Origin: an uncultured Spirochaetota bacterium
Lineage (GTDB): Bacteria; Spirochaetota; Brevinematia; Brevinematales; JAOACQ01
Length of the DNA: 64,000 nt
Reading direction: 5' to 3'
Assembly: GCA_963783575.1 (NCBI GenBank)
Contig: CAWAOD010000004.1
Span: 160,001-224,000, forward strand
The notes beneath the pieces were generated by a model. It searched no databases, was not told where the DNA came from, and saw only the letters and a program-made list of their open reading frames with translations. The stretch's first letter is position 1. Each line of letters opens with the position of its first letter. Both the position numbers and the translations under genes were made by a program. Positions 62,353 through 64,000 of this stretch are shown here, piece after piece.

Positions 62353-63630
62353 CTATATCTTTTCATTCTGTATGATATTAAAATCATAGGCGATATTTAA
62401 AAGTTCAATTTTACTGCCGATCCCCATTTTATTATAAATATTGTTCATGTGCGATTCAACGGTTCTTTCTGCAATTTCAAGCTTTAAAGCAATATCATGG
62501 TTTGAAATTCCTGAAACAGTAAGTTCAATGATATCTGTTTCTCTTTTTGTTATATTATAAACTTTTTGCAGCTGTTTAATCCCTCTATTTTCTTTGGAAA
62601 TTACAAGAATACCTATTAAATCGGAAAATTGATCCGTGACCCTTGAAATATAAGAGTCTGTACGTATCGGTTCGGGTATATTCTTGTAATATATTTTACA
62701 ACGCAGCCTTTCCTCTTTACCCTCAGTTAAAAACTTGAAGCATTTTATTATTTCATCGTCTGTATGAATGAATTCAAAGATGTTTTTGTTTTTAATTTTT
62801 CCCTCCTCCATTGAAAGCAGTTCCAGGAATTTATCGTTTGTCATTGAAATATTAAGCTCAGCGCTGAGAATAACAACCATTTCATTGATGTGAGATATTA
62901 TCTCATTGGATGTGAGCGATGGTGACGGCGCCATAAATTTGTATTTGACCATGGCTCTCCATATTCCGAATATCCAGATAAGAATGAATAATTGAGCAAC
63001 TTTTGGGAAAAAGTAAATTCCAAGGTTCGGCAGAATAGTCTGAGTGATTAATATCAGTAAATCAGTCGCTATTGCTGCATACAGCATAATCCAGGCCTGT
63101 TTTTTTTCTCTTCTTAAGGTGGTTTTATTCAGCCATAACACCGTCAATATTGGGCAGATCAGCAGGAAACTTATGTAATACAAAGTGTAGATCAAATAAA
63201 AATATGTATGGCGGGCATGAAGCGTTTCCCATCCATAGTAGTTCCTGAAAAAACCTGAAATCGGGTAGCTTCCGGTAAAACTTCCCGCCAGAAGAACAAT
63301 TCCCGGTATATACAGTGCTGTTATGACAAGAACTGGAGAGGGTTTATTTTTATCTCCGGTGAGAAAAATAAAATAATTGGCCAGAAAAGCGGGAAAAAAC
63401 GATAGAAAAGGCATTGATGCTTTAAACCAGAACCAGCACCCTGCTTCATCTACAGATGAAACAAGAAAAGCATAATTCAGTGACCAGACAGCGAGCATAA
63501 GACATATTATGAAAAATAAAATATATAGAGTTCCTTTCAACACCTGCTTCAAATATAAATAAAACACAAAGAGACCGAAATAACAGTAGATCATGAATGC
63601 AAATATAAATAATAGCGATAATATAGACAT
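62353..63630 (-). CDS. Membrane sensor-PAS-LuxR regulator, paralogue 1
   Basis: About 7 TM helices, REKKQA, PAS, ITKRETDII...IAERTVESHMNNIYNK. Confidence 0.9.
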   Translation of the reverse strand: MSILSLLFIFAFMIYCYFGLFVFYLYLKQVLKGTLYILFFIICLMLAVWSLNYAFLVSSVDEAGCWFWFKASMPFLSFFPAFLANYFIFLTGDKNKPSPVLVITALYIPGIVLLAGSFTGSYPISGFFRNYYGWETLHARHTYFYLIYTLYYISFLLICPILTVLWLNKTTLRREKKQAWIMLYAAIATDLLILITQTILPNLGIYFFPKVAQLFILIWIFGIWRAMVKYKFMAPSPSLTSNEIISHINEMVVILSAELNISMTNDKFLELLSMEEGKIKNKNIFEFIHTDDEIIKCFKFLTEGKEERLRCKIYYKNIPEPIRTDSYISRVTDQFSDLIGILVISKENRGIKQLQKVYNITKRETDIIELTVSGISNHDIALKLEIAERTVESHMNNIYNKMGIGSKIELLNIAYDFNIIQNEKI

Positions 63631-63828
63631 CTGTATATCCCTATAAGATTATAATGACACAATTAATTTTGTCAAGCGGTCGTATGAAATCATAAATATA
63701 CTCCGCATCAAATATTTTAATAATCATACAACCTGAAATTATTTCTTGTGGTTATTTCTTTTAAGTTATAAAATAAAACCCGGTAAAAGAAATAACAACT
63801 GCAATTTTATCAGGATAAGGATGTAAAT

Positions 63829-64000
63829 ATGACGGTCATGAGTGCTCTAATCATCTCAATGCTTGCTTCGGCAATTTCCAATATCGGTATTATTTTTCAG
63901 AAAAAAGGCGTAAATAAGGTTTCCGGAAAAAGCAATAAAGCCACCATCAAATACATTACAAACGGTACCTGGATAACCGGCCTTGCATTAATGACGGCCG
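63829..64000 (+). CDS. 5' part of a membrane protein, possibly DMT superfamily
   Basis: MTVMSALIISMLASAISNIGIIFQKKG...WITGLALM is open to the window edge; AAGGA RBS. Confidence 0.5.
   Translation, partial: MTVMSALIISMLASAISNIGIIFQKKGVNKVSGKSNKATIKYITNGTWITGLALMTA

Overview
AT-rich bacterial chromosome segment, probably from a spirochaete (inferred from the FliM/FliG sequence style and a Ser-rich-linker lipoprotein). No tRNA, rRNA or CRISPR array was seen. At least 11 genes carry single-base frameshifts, many near homopolymers, so uncorrected long-read error is likely. Contents in order: (1) 0.2-3.4 kb metabolic genes; (2) 3.5-7.9 kb an orphan operon of flagellar C-ring paralogues (FliM with a tandemly amplified N-terminal motif, two FliN/SPOA-like genes, a probable FliM-FliG(MC) fusion, AraC), divergent from a receiver / 7TM-PAS kinase / stand-alone CheB operon; (3) an alpha-hydroxy-acid oxidase whose last 193 bp are duplicated around a low-GC B12 radical SAM gene; (4) a 15-27.5 kb accessory island with a truncated IS21, a Dsr1-like SIR2 defence gene split by IS630, a RAYT-like HUH transposase split by IS4, an IS1182, and many REP/REPIN-like palindromes; (5) a sigma-54-controlled sugar ABC locus; (6) exported proteins including an RCC1-repeat lipoprotein; (7) TetR/GH13/SDR genes, DUF559 between inverted REPs with a second IS4 copy, Lhr helicase and transporters; (8) three tandem membrane-sensor-PAS-LuxR one-component regulators. 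All family calls come from motif recognition by eye, not database searches.
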